Counted from the first letter of the stretch, positions 1-8,629 are shown. The stretch is 32,000 nt of DNA from Gemmata obscuriglobus (GCF_008065095.1 NZ_CP042911.1:1710001-1742000), one strand, 5' to 3'. Notes: generated by a model from the sequence alone, not told the origin. Numbers and translations: made by a program.

Positions 1-2
1 CT

Positions 3-542
3 TTTAACGCGGAACTGCCTCTAATTCGCCGCGCCGAGCGTAATAATTACCGTGCCGCACTGGTCTCCTACCAGCGCTCGCGCCGCACGCTGATGGCGTT
101 CGAGGACAACATCACCAACGACGTGCGCAGCGACCTCCGGGATTTGCGAACCTTCGCTCAGTTGTACCGCATCCAACAGCGGGTCGTGGAACTCGGGTAC
201 TCGCAGGTGGACAACGCCCAGGCGATCCTGCTCGCGCCCCCGGCGCCCGGGGCCGGGAACGACGCGGGCAGCGCCGCCGCCCTCACCCAGCAGGTGCTCG
301 ACGCCCAGAGCCGGCTGGTGGCCGGGCAGAACTCGCTGTACCAGATTTGGGTCGCCTACCAGACCAGCCGGATGCAGCTGTACCTCGACCTCGAACAGAT
401 GACCCTCGACGACCGCGGGGTGTGGATCGATGAGTTCTTCAACCGAGCCGACAGTTCCCGTCGTTCACCCGAGCCCGCCGGCGACCGCCCCCGGCAGCCC
501 GTCGGTGAACAGCTTCCTGCCCCCCGGCCATTCGGACGGTAA
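3..542 (+). CDS. Outer-membrane efflux protein (TolC/OEP family), C-terminal fragment; 5' end lies upstream of the window
   Basis: Frame 3 is open from the window edge (FNAELPLIRRAERNNYRAALVSYQRSRRTLMAFEDNITNDVRSDL...) to TAA at 540-542. The coiled-coil-like sequence resembles a terminal OEP repeat. It sits directly upstream of an adaptor plus ABC pump operon. Confidence 0.55.
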   Translation, partial: FNAELPLIRRAERNNYRAALVSYQRSRRTLMAFEDNITNDVRSDLRDLRTFAQLYRIQQRVVELGYSQVDNAQAILLAPPAPGAGNDAGSAAALTQQVLDAQSRLVAGQNSLYQIWVAYQTSRMQLYLDLEQMTLDDRGVWIDEFFNRADSSRRSPEPAGDRPRQPVGEQLPAPRPFGR

Positions 543-2511
543 GCCGCGGCAGCTTCCGTCCCGGGCCAAGGGGCGGAAACTGCTCCTGCCGCTTGCGCTG
601 GGTGGGACGCTGGCGCTGGCGGCCGCCGCGATCGGCGGGTGGTACGCCTTCCGCCCGGTCCCGGTCCGCAACGACGTGCTGCTCCACACCGTCCGGCGTG
701 AGCCATTGGTGGTCACGGTCGCGGAGAAGGGGACCCTCGAGTCGGCCGACAACCGCGACATCGTGTGTAAAGTGCGGGCCGGCTCGAAGGGGTTCGCCAG
801 CACAATCAACTGGGTCATCGACGACGGCTCCCGGGTCAAGCCCGGTCAGCTTCTGATGATTCTCGATGACTCCGCCCTGAAGGACCAGGAGGAGGAGCAG
901 CAGATCAAGGTTGACACAGCCTCGGCCAACAAAATCAAGGCCGAGAACGATTACGACATCGTGGTCAAGCAGAACGAGATCGCCGTCGAGACCGCAAAGA
1001 ACGCGCTGGCTCTGGCCGAGATCGATCTGGAGAAGTTCACCGGGCTGAACTACGACCCGACCCTCGGCGCGCTCGCGGTGGTCGGCGGCGGGATGGCGTC
1101 GCTGTCCGAGACCGGCTCGTTCCGCCAACTGGTGGACGATCAGACCGGGCAGGTGAAACTGGCCGAGAGCAACCTGGAACAGTACCGGGAGCGGGCCGCG
1201 TGGTCCGACCGGATGGTGAAGCTCTCGTACATGAGCGCCGCCCAGGCCCAGGCCGAGCGGTCGAAGATGGAGAGCGCCGTCGAGGACTTGCGGAGCAAGC
1301 GGGCCAAGCTCGCACAGATGCTCAGCTACGACCGCAAACAGCAGCTCACGGACTTCCGGAGCAAGCGGACGAGCGCACTGCTGGCCTACGAGCAGGCGGT
1401 GCTGCAAGCGGACGCGAACCTCGCTAAAGCACTGGCCGAGAAGAAACGGGCCACGTCCGAGTTCATCCAGCAGGACGAGAAACAGCGCGAGATCTCGCTC
1501 CAGCGCGCCGAGTGCAAGATCACGGCGCCGAGCGACATCGAGCCGGACTCGATGGTGGTGTATTTCCGGTCCGAGTCCAACCGGTTCGGCAGCAGCAGCA
1601 GCCAGGGGCTTATCGAGCAGGGGGCGCAGGTCAAGGAGGGGCAGAAGCTGCTCCGCATCCCGAACCTGCACCGGATGCAAGTGAACACCAAAGTCCACGA
1701 GGCGATGGTGGCCCGCATCCGCGGCGATGTGCGGGTGCCGACCCACCTCGTGGACGGGTTCCAGGCGGTGATGCTGCTGAACACCGACCCGTTCGGCCGT
1801 CTCGTGGGCCAGCGGAGCGACCTGATCGACCGGGTGCGTGAGAAGTTCCGCAACCAAGAGTACAAGAAGCTGGCTGACGGGCAGAGGGCCACGGTGCGGG
1901 TCGATGCGCTGCCGGACCGCCAGTTCGAGGGCCACGTGCGCACGGTGTCCGCGGTCGCCAGCCAGGCTGACTCGTGGATCTCGGACGTGAAGCTGTACCA
2001 GACGCTGGTCATGATCGACTCCGAGGTGTTCCCGGACGGGACCAAGAAGCGGATCGAGAACGAGCAGCTCAAACCGGACATGACCGCGGAGGTGACGATT
2101 ACGGTAGACACCGCGCGGGAGGCCGTTTTGACGGTTCCGGTGCAGGCAATCATCGGTGGCACCGAGATGGGCGTGAAGCGTGAGGTCTACGTCAAGTCCC
2201 CGGCCGGGGGATACGATCGAAAGCAGGTGGAGCTGGGGCTCTACAACGAGAAGTTCGTGGAGATCAAGACCGGCCTGTCCGAGGGCGACGACGTGGTGAT
2301 GAACCCGAAGGTGCTGCTGGCCCCGGACGACAAGACCCGCACCCGCGACGCCGCACCCGGTGGTGGCAAGGGTGAGGGCAAGGGCGGCGGGTTCGGTGAC
2401 AGCCCGAAGGGCGACGGATCCGGCGCACCGGGCGGCGGTAAGAAAGGTGGCGGTAAAAAGGGCGGCGCGGGCGGCCCGCCGCCGGGCGCCGGAGGCCCCC
2501 AGCAGGGGTGA
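430..2511 (+). CDS. Efflux periplasmic adaptor subunit (HlyD/MacA family) with a Gly/Lys-rich C-terminal tail
   Basis: 693-aa ORF with an N-terminal TM anchor (LLLPLALGGTLALAAAAIGGWYAF). It has a long coiled-coil hairpin (QEEEQQIKVD...LEQYRERAAW...) and lipoyl/beta-barrel-like segments (GQLLMILDD, KEGQKLLRIPN). An ABC ATPase and FtsX permease follow. The start is uncertain: ATG 430 overlaps the upstream CDS by 113 nt, and GTG 505 is an alternative. Confidence 0.85.
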   Translation: MSSSTEPTVPVVHPSPPATAPGSPSVNSFLPPGHSDGKPRQLPSRAKGRKLLLPLALGGTLALAAAAIGGWYAFRPVPVRNDVLLHTVRREPLVVTVAEKGTLESADNRDIVCKVRAGSKGFASTINWVIDDGSRVKPGQLLMILDDSALKDQEEEQQIKVDTASANKIKAENDYDIVVKQNEIAVETAKNALALAEIDLEKFTGLNYDPTLGALAVVGGGMASLSETGSFRQLVDDQTGQVKLAESNLEQYRERAAWSDRMVKLSYMSAAQAQAERSKMESAVEDLRSKRAKLAQMLSYDRKQQLTDFRSKRTSALLAYEQAVLQADANLAKALAEKKRATSEFIQQDEKQREISLQRAECKITAPSDIEPDSMVVYFRSESNRFGSSSSQGLIEQGAQVKEGQKLLRIPNLHRMQVNTKVHEAMVARIRGDVRVPTHLVDGFQAVMLLNTDPFGRLVGQRSDLIDRVREKFRNQEYKKLADGQRATVRVDALPDRQFEGHVRTVSAVASQADSWISDVKLYQTLVMIDSEVFPDGTKKRIENEQLKPDMTAEVTITVDTAREAVLTVPVQAIIGGTEMGVKREVYVKSPAGGYDRKQVELGLYNEKFVEIKTGLSEGDDVVMNPKVLLAPDDKTRTRDAAPGGGKGEGKGGGFGDSPKGDGSGAPGGGKKGGGKKGGAGGPPPGAGGPQQG

Positions 2512-2520
2512 TCGATGCGC

Positions 2521-2594
2521 GGCGCGAGCCCGCCGGTGTGACACGACTCAGGGTGCGAATTGCACCTGTGTGGTGTCACCGGCGGGCTCGCGCC
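2521..2594. repeat. Intergenic long inverted repeat (REP-like hairpin) plus direct copies of the motif CCGGCGGGCT-YRCGC
   Basis: Arm ggcgcgagcccgccggtg (2521-2538) pairs with caccggcgggctcgcgcc (2577-2594). An inner ggtgc/gcacc hairpin lies around gaatt. The arm motif recurs directly at about 2579, 2597 and 2633. Confidence 0.7.
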
Positions 2595-2690
2595 GCGCCG
2601 GCGGGCTTACGCGGCCCGCGAAACGCTGTCGCTCCGGCGGGCTCACGCCGGGCCGCTCAGGAACCCACGACCCGCCCTTCGAGCTTCCTT

Positions 2691-3407
2691 ATGCCTGCCA
2701 TCGTTCGCATCGTCGATCTAGTCAAGAATTACTACATGGGGACCCAGACCCTCAACGTGCTCAAGGGGTTGAACCTCGCGTTCGACGAGGGCGACTTCGT
2801 CGCCCTCATGGGGCCGTCCGGGTCGGGCAAGTCCACGCTGCTGAACGTGCTCGGGTGCCTGGACCGGCTGAGCAGCGGGCACTACTACCTCGGCGACGTG
2901 GACGTGTCCGAGATGGACGACGATCAGCTCTCCGAGGTGCGGAGCACCTACCTCGGGTTCATTTTCCAGTCGTACAACCTGCTCCCGCAGTACACGGTGG
3001 TCGAGAACATCGAACTGCCGCTCCTGTACCAGGGCATCAAACTCGACGAGCGGACGAAGGCGCGGTGCGTGGCCCTCGCCGAACTGGTCGGGCTCGGAGA
3101 CCGTCTAGACCACAAGCCGCTCCAGTTATCCGGCGGTCAGCAGCAGCGCGTGGCGGTGGCGCGGAGCCTCGTGAACGACCCGCACCTGATTCTGGGCGAC
3201 GAGCCGACCGGGAACCTCGACACGAAGACCAGCATCGAGATCATGCAGATGCTGCGGGAACTGAACCGGGCGGGCAAAACGATCATCATGGTTACGCACG
3301 AGAACGACATCGCCGAGTGGGCGCGCCGGGTGGTGCGGCTGCGCGACGGGCGGGTCGAATCCGACGTGCGGAACGACACCCGCACCATCGTCGAGATGGA
3401 CCGCTGA
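2691..3407 (+). CDS. ABC transporter ATP-binding protein (MacB/LolD-type ATPase)
   Basis: ATG at 2691 (MPAIVRIVDLVKNYY...). Motifs: Walker A GPSGSGKST, signature LSGGQQQR, Walker B LILGDEPT, H-loop VTHEND. Confidence 0.95.
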   Translation: MPAIVRIVDLVKNYYMGTQTLNVLKGLNLAFDEGDFVALMGPSGSGKSTLLNVLGCLDRLSSGHYYLGDVDVSEMDDDQLSEVRSTYLGFIFQSYNLLPQYTVVENIELPLLYQGIKLDERTKARCVALAELVGLGDRLDHKPLQLSGGQQQRVAVARSLVNDPHLILGDEPTGNLDTKTSIEIMQMLRELNRAGKTIIMVTHENDIAEWARRVVRLRDGRVESDVRNDTRTIVEMDR

Positions 3408-3465
3408 GCGCGTCGAGCGCCGCAGGGCCGTACTCCTTACTCCGAGCCGATGAGGCGGCCCGCGA

Positions 3466-4368
3466 ATGAGCTTACCCTACGACGCGACGACCAAGGAGCT
3501 GATCGAAACGGACCCGGCGGGTTGGGTCGCGTTCCTTGGCGGGGCCGTCCGGGCGTCCGCGGTGGGGCTGATCGACGCGGACCTCTCCACGGTCACCACG
3601 GCCGCGGACAAGGTGATCCGGGTGGACGAACCGTTCCGATGGCTGCTGCACCTGGACATTCAGACCGGACCGAGCGCGGACCTCGAGCGCCGGGTGTTCC
3701 GCTACAACGCGCTGCTGACCGCCCGGCATGGGGTGCCGGTGGCGTCCGCAGTGGTGCTGCTTCGGCGGAAGGGTAACATAGCGTGGCTGAGCGGGCACAT
3801 GCCGGTTGCCCCGCCGGTCGGGCCGAGTTGGGCGTTCCGGTACCAGGTGGTGCGGGTGTGGGAGCGGCCGGCGTCTGAGTTCCTGACCGGGCCGCTCGGG
3901 TTGCTCCCGCCCGCCCCGCTGGCCGGAGTGAGCGAGGGTGATCTGCCGTCCGTGGTGCGTGGCATGAAGGCCCGAATTGACGAGCAGGTGGACCCTCCGC
4001 TGGCCGCAAAACTGTGGGGCGCGAGTTACGTGCTGATGGGACTCGCGTTCGAGCAACCGCTGATCGATGCCGTGTGCGTAGGGGTGATGCAGATGGAAGA
4101 ATCCGTGACGTACCAGGCGATCCTCCGACGCGGGCTGCAAGACGGCCTTCAGCAGGGCTTGCAGCAGGGCTTGCAGCAGGGCTTGCAGCAGGGCTCGTTG
4201 AATGAAGCACGCAAGGTGATACTCCGCCAGGGGGTCAAAAAGTTCGGTTCGCCGACGGTGACACACGAGGCCGCTCTCAATGCGCTGTCGGACCTCGCGC
4301 GGCTCGACGCGCTGGCCGAAAAATTGCTCGACGTCAGCACCTGGGACGAACTCCTCGCCGGGGCGTGA
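3466..4368 (+). CDS. Rpn-family recombination-promoting nuclease / putative transposase (PD-(D/E)XK N-domain, DUF4351-like C-terminus)
   Basis: 300-aa ORF. The N-terminus (YDATTKELIE...AADKVIRVDEPFRWLLHLDIQTGPSADLERRVFRYNALL) matches the YhgA/Rpn layout. The C-terminus (ILRQGVKKFGSPT...LSDLARLDALAEKLLDVSTWDELL) is DUF4351-like. The central (GLQQ)n linker is typical of this family. Confidence 0.7.
   Translation: MSLPYDATTKELIETDPAGWVAFLGGAVRASAVGLIDADLSTVTTAADKVIRVDEPFRWLLHLDIQTGPSADLERRVFRYNALLTARHGVPVASAVVLLRRKGNIAWLSGHMPVAPPVGPSWAFRYQVVRVWERPASEFLTGPLGLLPPAPLAGVSEGDLPSVVRGMKARIDEQVDPPLAAKLWGASYVLMGLAFEQPLIDAVCVGVMQMEESVTYQAILRRGLQDGLQQGLQQGLQQGLQQGSLNEARKVILRQGVKKFGSPTVTHEAALNALSDLARLDALAEKLLDVSTWDELLAGA
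4132..4191 (+). repeat. In-frame 12-bp tandem repeat (5 units, the last 3 perfect: ggcttgcagcag) encoding GLQD-GLQQ-GLQQ-GLQQ-GLQQ
   Basis: Read directly: gggctgcaagac, ggccttcagcag, then 3x ggcttgcagcag (4156-4191). It is in frame with the CDS at 3466. Confidence 0.95.
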
Positions 4369-4507
4369 GCCCGAGGCGGGCGCCTTTAACGCTGCCACTC
4401 GCCCGGTTCGGACCCGTCGCCCGTTCCGAACCACCCTCTGCCGCCGAGAACCGGCGGAAGAGGACCGTGCCCGATCCCGCGCCCCGGTACGGCTCTCGGA
4501 GACGTGA

Positions 4508-5980
4508 ATGTTCGGTTACGATTTCTCGCTGCTGCAACTCGTCGGCCTCGGTGCGGCGGCGCTGGTTGTGGCCACCGTACTGTTTTTCGTGTTCGGCGGC
4601 GCGGCGGCGGCCTGGGTGCTCGCGCGCGTTCCGCTCGCCAGCAACACCGCGAAGCTCAAGCGGAGCGTCTCACTGGCGATGAAGAGCCTGTGGCTGCACA
4701 AGCTCCGCTCCGTGCTGTCGGTGCTCGGCATCATCATCGGGACGTGCTCGGTCATCTCGCTGATGTCGTTCGGCGAGGGGTCCATGCAGGACGCGCTCGA
4801 CGACATCAAGCGCCAGGGCGCCACCAACATCATCGTCCGCAGCACCAAGCCGCCGGACGACTCGGCGACCGCCGCGAAAGGGTTCGTCACCAGTTACGGC
4901 CTGGTGCGCGACGACCTCGAGCGGTTCAGCACGCTCACGACCGATGGGGCGGTGGCGCGGATTGTTCCCATGCGGGTGTTCCCGAGCGAGGCGCGGTATT
5001 TGGACCGGCTCGTGAACGCCCGCGTCATCGGGACGACGCCCGACTACCAGGCGGTGAACAAGCTCGAAATGTCCCGCGGCCGGTTCCTGGTCGAGAACGA
5101 CGACAGCGACCTCGAAAACTACTGCGTGCTCGGGGCCGAGGCGGCGGACCGGCTGTTCCCCTACGAGGACCCGCTCGGACAGACGGTCGGGATGCGGAGC
5201 CACTTTTTCGTCGTCGTGGGTGTACTGAGGGACCGGATGCCGACCGGCGGCTCCGGCGGCAGCCAGGCGGCCGAGGACTACAACCGCGACATCTACATCC
5301 CGATCCGCACCAGCAAACGGCGGTTCGGCGAGATCATCTCGGTCCGCACCGCCGGGGCGCGGATGAACGAGAAGGTCGAGTACAGCCAGATCACGCTCAC
5401 CGTGGACGCCGAGGTGGACACCCCCGCGGGCCGCGCGAAGGTACAGGCGGTGGGCAACGAGATCAAAGGGATGCTGGACCGCAAGCACCCGAAGAAGGAC
5501 TACTCGGTGACGGTCCCGCTGGACAAGCTCGAAGAGGCCGAGCGCGCCCAGAGCCGGTTCACAATGCTGATGGGCGTGATCGCGTTCATCTCGCTGTTCG
5601 TGGGCGGGATCGGGATCATGAACATCATGCTCGCGACCGTGACCGAGCGGACCCGCGAGATCGGCATCCGCCGCGCGCTCGGGGCGAAGCGTAAGGACAT
5701 CGTGCTCCAGTTCCTCGTGGAGGCGGTGGTCCAAACGACAATCGGCGGGCTGCTCGGGGCCGCGATCGGCGTCCTGTCGGTGTACTGCGTGCCCGCCGCG
5801 TGGGAGTTGGTCCGCTCGACCGCGTGGTTCGCGTCCGAGGTGCGGCTGCCCGCGAAGCTGCACGTGCTGTCGATTTTCCTGTCGGTGGGCGTGTCGATCC
5901 TGGTCGGTATGGTGTTCGGGCTGTACCCCGCGTGGCGTGCCGCGAAGCTCGACCCGATTGAGGCCCTGCGGCACGTGTAG
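4508..5980 (+). CDS. ABC transporter permease, MacB/FtsX family
   Basis: 490-aa ORF. It has the MacB signature N-terminus (LAMKSLWLHKLRSVLSVLGIIIGTCSVISLMS) and a periplasmic domain of about 250 aa. The C-terminal FtsX bundle reads MLMGVIAFISLFVGGIGIMNIMLATVTERTREIGIRRALGAKRKDI. The real start may be a later Met (MKSLW...). Confidence 0.9.
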   Translation: MFGYDFSLLQLVGLGAAALVVATVLFFVFGGAAAAWVLARVPLASNTAKLKRSVSLAMKSLWLHKLRSVLSVLGIIIGTCSVISLMSFGEGSMQDALDDIKRQGATNIIVRSTKPPDDSATAAKGFVTSYGLVRDDLERFSTLTTDGAVARIVPMRVFPSEARYLDRLVNARVIGTTPDYQAVNKLEMSRGRFLVENDDSDLENYCVLGAEAADRLFPYEDPLGQTVGMRSHFFVVVGVLRDRMPTGGSGGSQAAEDYNRDIYIPIRTSKRRFGEIISVRTAGARMNEKVEYSQITLTVDAEVDTPAGRAKVQAVGNEIKGMLDRKHPKKDYSVTVPLDKLEEAERAQSRFTMLMGVIAFISLFVGGIGIMNIMLATVTERTREIGIRRALGAKRKDIVLQFLVEAVVQTTIGGLLGAAIGVLSVYCVPAAWELVRSTAWFASEVRLPAKLHVLSIFLSVGVSILVGMVFGLYPAWRAAKLDPIEALRHV

Positions 5981-6080
5981 TGCAATCGTTCGCTACACAC
6001 GCGCAAGTTCCCCCCCGCTTCGCCATTCTACCCGCGGGCGGGGGTGTTCCCCGCTCTTCCGCTGGCGGGGCGTTCGGTCC

Positions 6081-6111
6081 GGGGCGACCCGGCCGGGCGC
6101 CCCGTTTTCTT
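6081..6111 (+). terminator. Rho-independent terminator candidate after the efflux operon
   Basis: ggggcgacccgg / ccgggcgcccc stem (6081-6103) followed by gttttctt. Confidence 0.6.
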
Positions 6112-6248
6112 AAACCGCTTCGTCGCGCGAGGCAGTAAAGGCTCGTGTTCGGTGGCCGTTTTTGCGGGCACGGGGTTCAGAACCTTCGCGCTCTGGTCCG
6201 GACTGGTACAATTCCCCTGTCCCACCAATCACGGATCAGGAGACACCG

Positions 6249-7358
6249 ATGCCAGCAACCGCGACCGACCGCGTTCCGGTCACCGTACTCACCGGCTTCC
6301 TCGGCGCCGGGAAGACCACGCTGCTGAACCACATCCTCACGGCGCAACACGGCAAGCGGATCGCGGTCATCGAGAACGAGTTCGGGGAGATCGGCGTCGA
6401 CCAGGACCTGGTCATCAACTCGGAAGAAGAAATCTTCGAGATGAACAACGGGTGCATCTGCTGCACCGTTCGCGGCGACCTGATCCGCATCCTCGGCAAC
6501 CTGATGAAGCGCCGGGACAAGTTCGACTACATCCTCATCGAGACGACCGGGATGGCCGACCCCGGGCCGGTCGCGCAGACGTTCTTCATGGACGACGAGG
6601 TGAAGGCCAAGACCGCCATCGACGGCATCGTGACGCTGGTGGACTCGAAGCACGTCCTGCTGCACTGGGACTCGCACGAGGTACAGGAGCAGATCGCGTT
6701 CGCGGACGTGATCCTGCTCAACAAGACCGACCTCGTGACGCCGCCGGAACTGGACAAGCTCGAAAAGCTGATCCGGAAGATGAACGCGAGCGCGAAGATC
6801 CACCGCACCACCAACGCGAAGACCGACCTCGACAACGTGCTCAACGTCCGCGGGTTCGACCTCGACCGCATCTTGGAGCACGAACCGGACTTCCTGAAGA
6901 ACGGCGGCCACTCGCACGATCACGATCACGAGCACGACGACAAGGATCACTCCCACTGCGATCACGAGCACGGTAAGTGCGAGCATGACCACGATCACAA
7001 GCATGAGCACAAGACGCACGCGCTCGGGGTGATGAAAGAAGAGGAGCACGACCACGTTCACGACTCGTCGGTGACGAGCGTGGGCATCACGCTGGCCGGC
7101 GACCTCGACGTCAAGAAGCTGAACAAGTGGATGATGGAACTGCTCCAGGAGAAGGGGCCGGACATCTTCCGCATGAAGGGCGTGCTGAGCATCAAGAACG
7201 ACCCGAACCGGTTCGTGTTCCAGGGCGTTCACATGCTGTTCGACGGCCGCCCGGACAAGCCGTGGGGCAAGACGCCGCGGTCCAATAAGCTCATTTTCAT
7301 CGGCCGCAACCTCGACCGCGGCGCCCTCACCGAGGGCTTCAAGAGCTGCCTGGCGTAG
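6249..7358 (+). CDS. COG0523 (CobW/ZigA/YjiA-like) G3E-family metallochaperone GTPase with a His/Asp-rich insert
   Basis: ATG 6249 is preceded by aggag. Motifs: P-loop GFLGAGKTTLLNHIL, ENEFGE, metal motif GCICCTV, ETTGMADP, NKTDL. A 55-aa stretch reads GGHSHDHDHEHDDKDHSHCDHEHGKCEHDHDHKHEHKTH...EEEHDHVHD. Confidence 0.9.
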   Translation: MPATATDRVPVTVLTGFLGAGKTTLLNHILTAQHGKRIAVIENEFGEIGVDQDLVINSEEEIFEMNNGCICCTVRGDLIRILGNLMKRRDKFDYILIETTGMADPGPVAQTFFMDDEVKAKTAIDGIVTLVDSKHVLLHWDSHEVQEQIAFADVILLNKTDLVTPPELDKLEKLIRKMNASAKIHRTTNAKTDLDNVLNVRGFDLDRILEHEPDFLKNGGHSHDHDHEHDDKDHSHCDHEHGKCEHDHDHKHEHKTHALGVMKEEEHDHVHDSSVTSVGITLAGDLDVKKLNKWMMELLQEKGPDIFRMKGVLSIKNDPNRFVFQGVHMLFDGRPDKPWGKTPRSNKLIFIGRNLDRGALTEGFKSCLA

Positions 7359-7378
7359 CACAAGTCAAATCGGTCGTG

Positions 7379-7408
7379 GCGCCCCGGCGGTTCGCCGTGC
7401 CGGGGCGC
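7379..7408 (+). terminator. Stem-loop after the COG0523 gene (10-bp GC stem, nested in a longer cacaagt/acttgtg pairing)
   Basis: gcgccccggc (7379-7388), loop ggttcgccgt, gccggggcgc (7399-7408). The downstream tract is only weakly T-rich. Confidence 0.45.
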
Positions 7409-7461
7409 TCGTTGCACTTGTGGTCCGTCTTTGCCGTTTACCTTTACCCTGTTGACTTGAT

Positions 7462-8529
7462 ATGGCTCGCATCAACATCTTTGGCGGCGCGAAGGCCGAG
7501 AACCGACTCCGCCCGGTGTGGCAGGCGCCGACGCCGGACCACGTCGTCGGGCTGACCTGGTCCCCGGACGGGGCCAAGCTCGCCGCCGCAACGGTCAGCG
7601 GGCCGGTCGTCGTGTTCGACGCGCACACCGGTAAGCCGCTGCACGAGCTGAAGGGGAACGGGTTCGGTACCGCGGCGATCGCGTGGCAGCCCGGGGGGAG
7701 CCTGCTCGCCTCGGTCGGGCAAGACAAGGTCGTGCGCCTCTGGGACACCGCAACCGGCGTGGAAGTTAAAGCGCTCGACGCCGGCGCGGCGTGGGCCGAG
7801 AAGGTGGCGTGGCACCCGCAGGGGCAGTTCCTCGCCGCCGCGGCCGGCAAGAAAGCGCGTGTCTGGTCCGCGGGCGGTGAGCTGGTGCGGGAACTGTCCG
7901 CGCAGGCCGGTACCGTGATGGACCTGAAGTGGCGGCCCGGCACCAACCACATCACGCTCCTCGCATACGGTGCGGCGGCTACCTACGACCCGTTTGCCGG
8001 GCTCGAACCGGTAAAGTTGCTCTCCTGGAAGGGTTCTCCCCTCGCGATGGCGTGGAGCCCGGACGGCAAGATCCTGGCCCACGGGAACCAGGACTCGACG
8101 GTTCACTTTTGGTACTTCGACGCGTCACACGATTTGCAGATGTGGGGCTACAAGACCAAGGTGCGCGAGCTGGCGTGGGACTTCAGCTCGCGGTACCTCG
8201 CGACCGGCGGCGGTCCCGTCGTGTGCATCTGGGACTGCCAGGGCGGGCCGAAGGGGCCGGAGGGCACCAAGCCGACGATGTTGCCCGGGCACGACGAGAA
8301 TTCGAGCCTGACTGTGCTGGCATACCAGCACCGCGGCTTCCTGCTGGCGTCCGCGGGGAGCGACGGGAAGGTAATGCTGTGGCAACCGACAAACCGCCGC
8401 GGCGCCCAGGTCGGCGAGTTCGCGTTCCCCGGAGTGACGGAGGCGTCCGCATTGGCGTGGTCGCTCGACGACAAGTCGCTGGCTGCGGGGAGCGGGGCGG
8501 GAACGGTTGCGGTCTTCCGGGCCGGTTGA
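7462..8529 (+). CDS. WD40-repeat protein
   Basis: 355-aa ORF with repeated WD-like units: LTWSPDGAKLAAA, GQDKVVRLWD, MAWSPDGKILAHGNQDSTVHFW, SAGSDGKVMLWQ, LAWSLDDKSLAAGS. Confidence 0.85.
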   Translation: MARINIFGGAKAENRLRPVWQAPTPDHVVGLTWSPDGAKLAAATVSGPVVVFDAHTGKPLHELKGNGFGTAAIAWQPGGSLLASVGQDKVVRLWDTATGVEVKALDAGAAWAEKVAWHPQGQFLAAAAGKKARVWSAGGELVRELSAQAGTVMDLKWRPGTNHITLLAYGAAATYDPFAGLEPVKLLSWKGSPLAMAWSPDGKILAHGNQDSTVHFWYFDASHDLQMWGYKTKVRELAWDFSSRYLATGGGPVVCIWDCQGGPKGPEGTKPTMLPGHDENSSLTVLAYQHRGFLLASAGSDGKVMLWQPTNRRGAQVGEFAFPGVTEASALAWSLDDKSLAAGSGAGTVAVFRAG

Positions 8530-8560
8530 GCACTGCGAGACGCCCATGAGCAGGCAGGCA

Positions 8561-8604
8561 CCGGCCCCGAGGACAGAAGAGTGGCTTCTTGTCTTCGGGG
8601 CCGG
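8561..8604. terminator. Bidirectional terminator-like hairpin between convergent genes
   Basis: ccggccccgaggacagaaga / ttcttgtcttcggggccgg. About 19 bp with two G-T positions and loop gtggc. Confidence 0.55.
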
Positions 8605-8629
8605 CGCCCGCCTGCGGATCAAACCCTTC

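Noticed and set aside
439-2544. Very long ORFs antisense to or out of frame with called genes. Examples: 439-2544 (-, 701 aa), 4670-5974 (-), 6177-7361 (-), 8756-10504 (+), 11016-12167 (+), 19412-21094 (-, 560 aa), 21118-22266 (+).
   Set aside because: Their products are Arg/Pro/Gly/Ala-rich low-complexity strings without recognisable motifs. They fully overlap ORFs with clear family signatures. These are the typical stop-codon-poor shadow frames of high-GC DNA.
4132-4191. A repeat array that could be mistaken for a mini-CRISPR or VNTR locus.
   Set aside because: The units are contiguous 12-mers without spacers. They are in frame inside a CDS and encode (GLQQ)n. This is a coding tandem repeat, not a CRISPR.
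6200-6251. Cobalamin-riboswitch-like strings upstream of the CobW-like gene: ggtacaattcc, cccaccaatcac, atcaggagacacc resembling GGTGAAAATCC / CCCGCCACTGT / B12 box.
   Set aside because: The spacing is far too compressed and there is no variable stem between the last two elements. No GGGAA element or P1 pairing is present. The AGGAG is more simply the Shine-Dalgarno 7 nt before the ATG. The His-rich insert also points to the zinc branch of COG0523.
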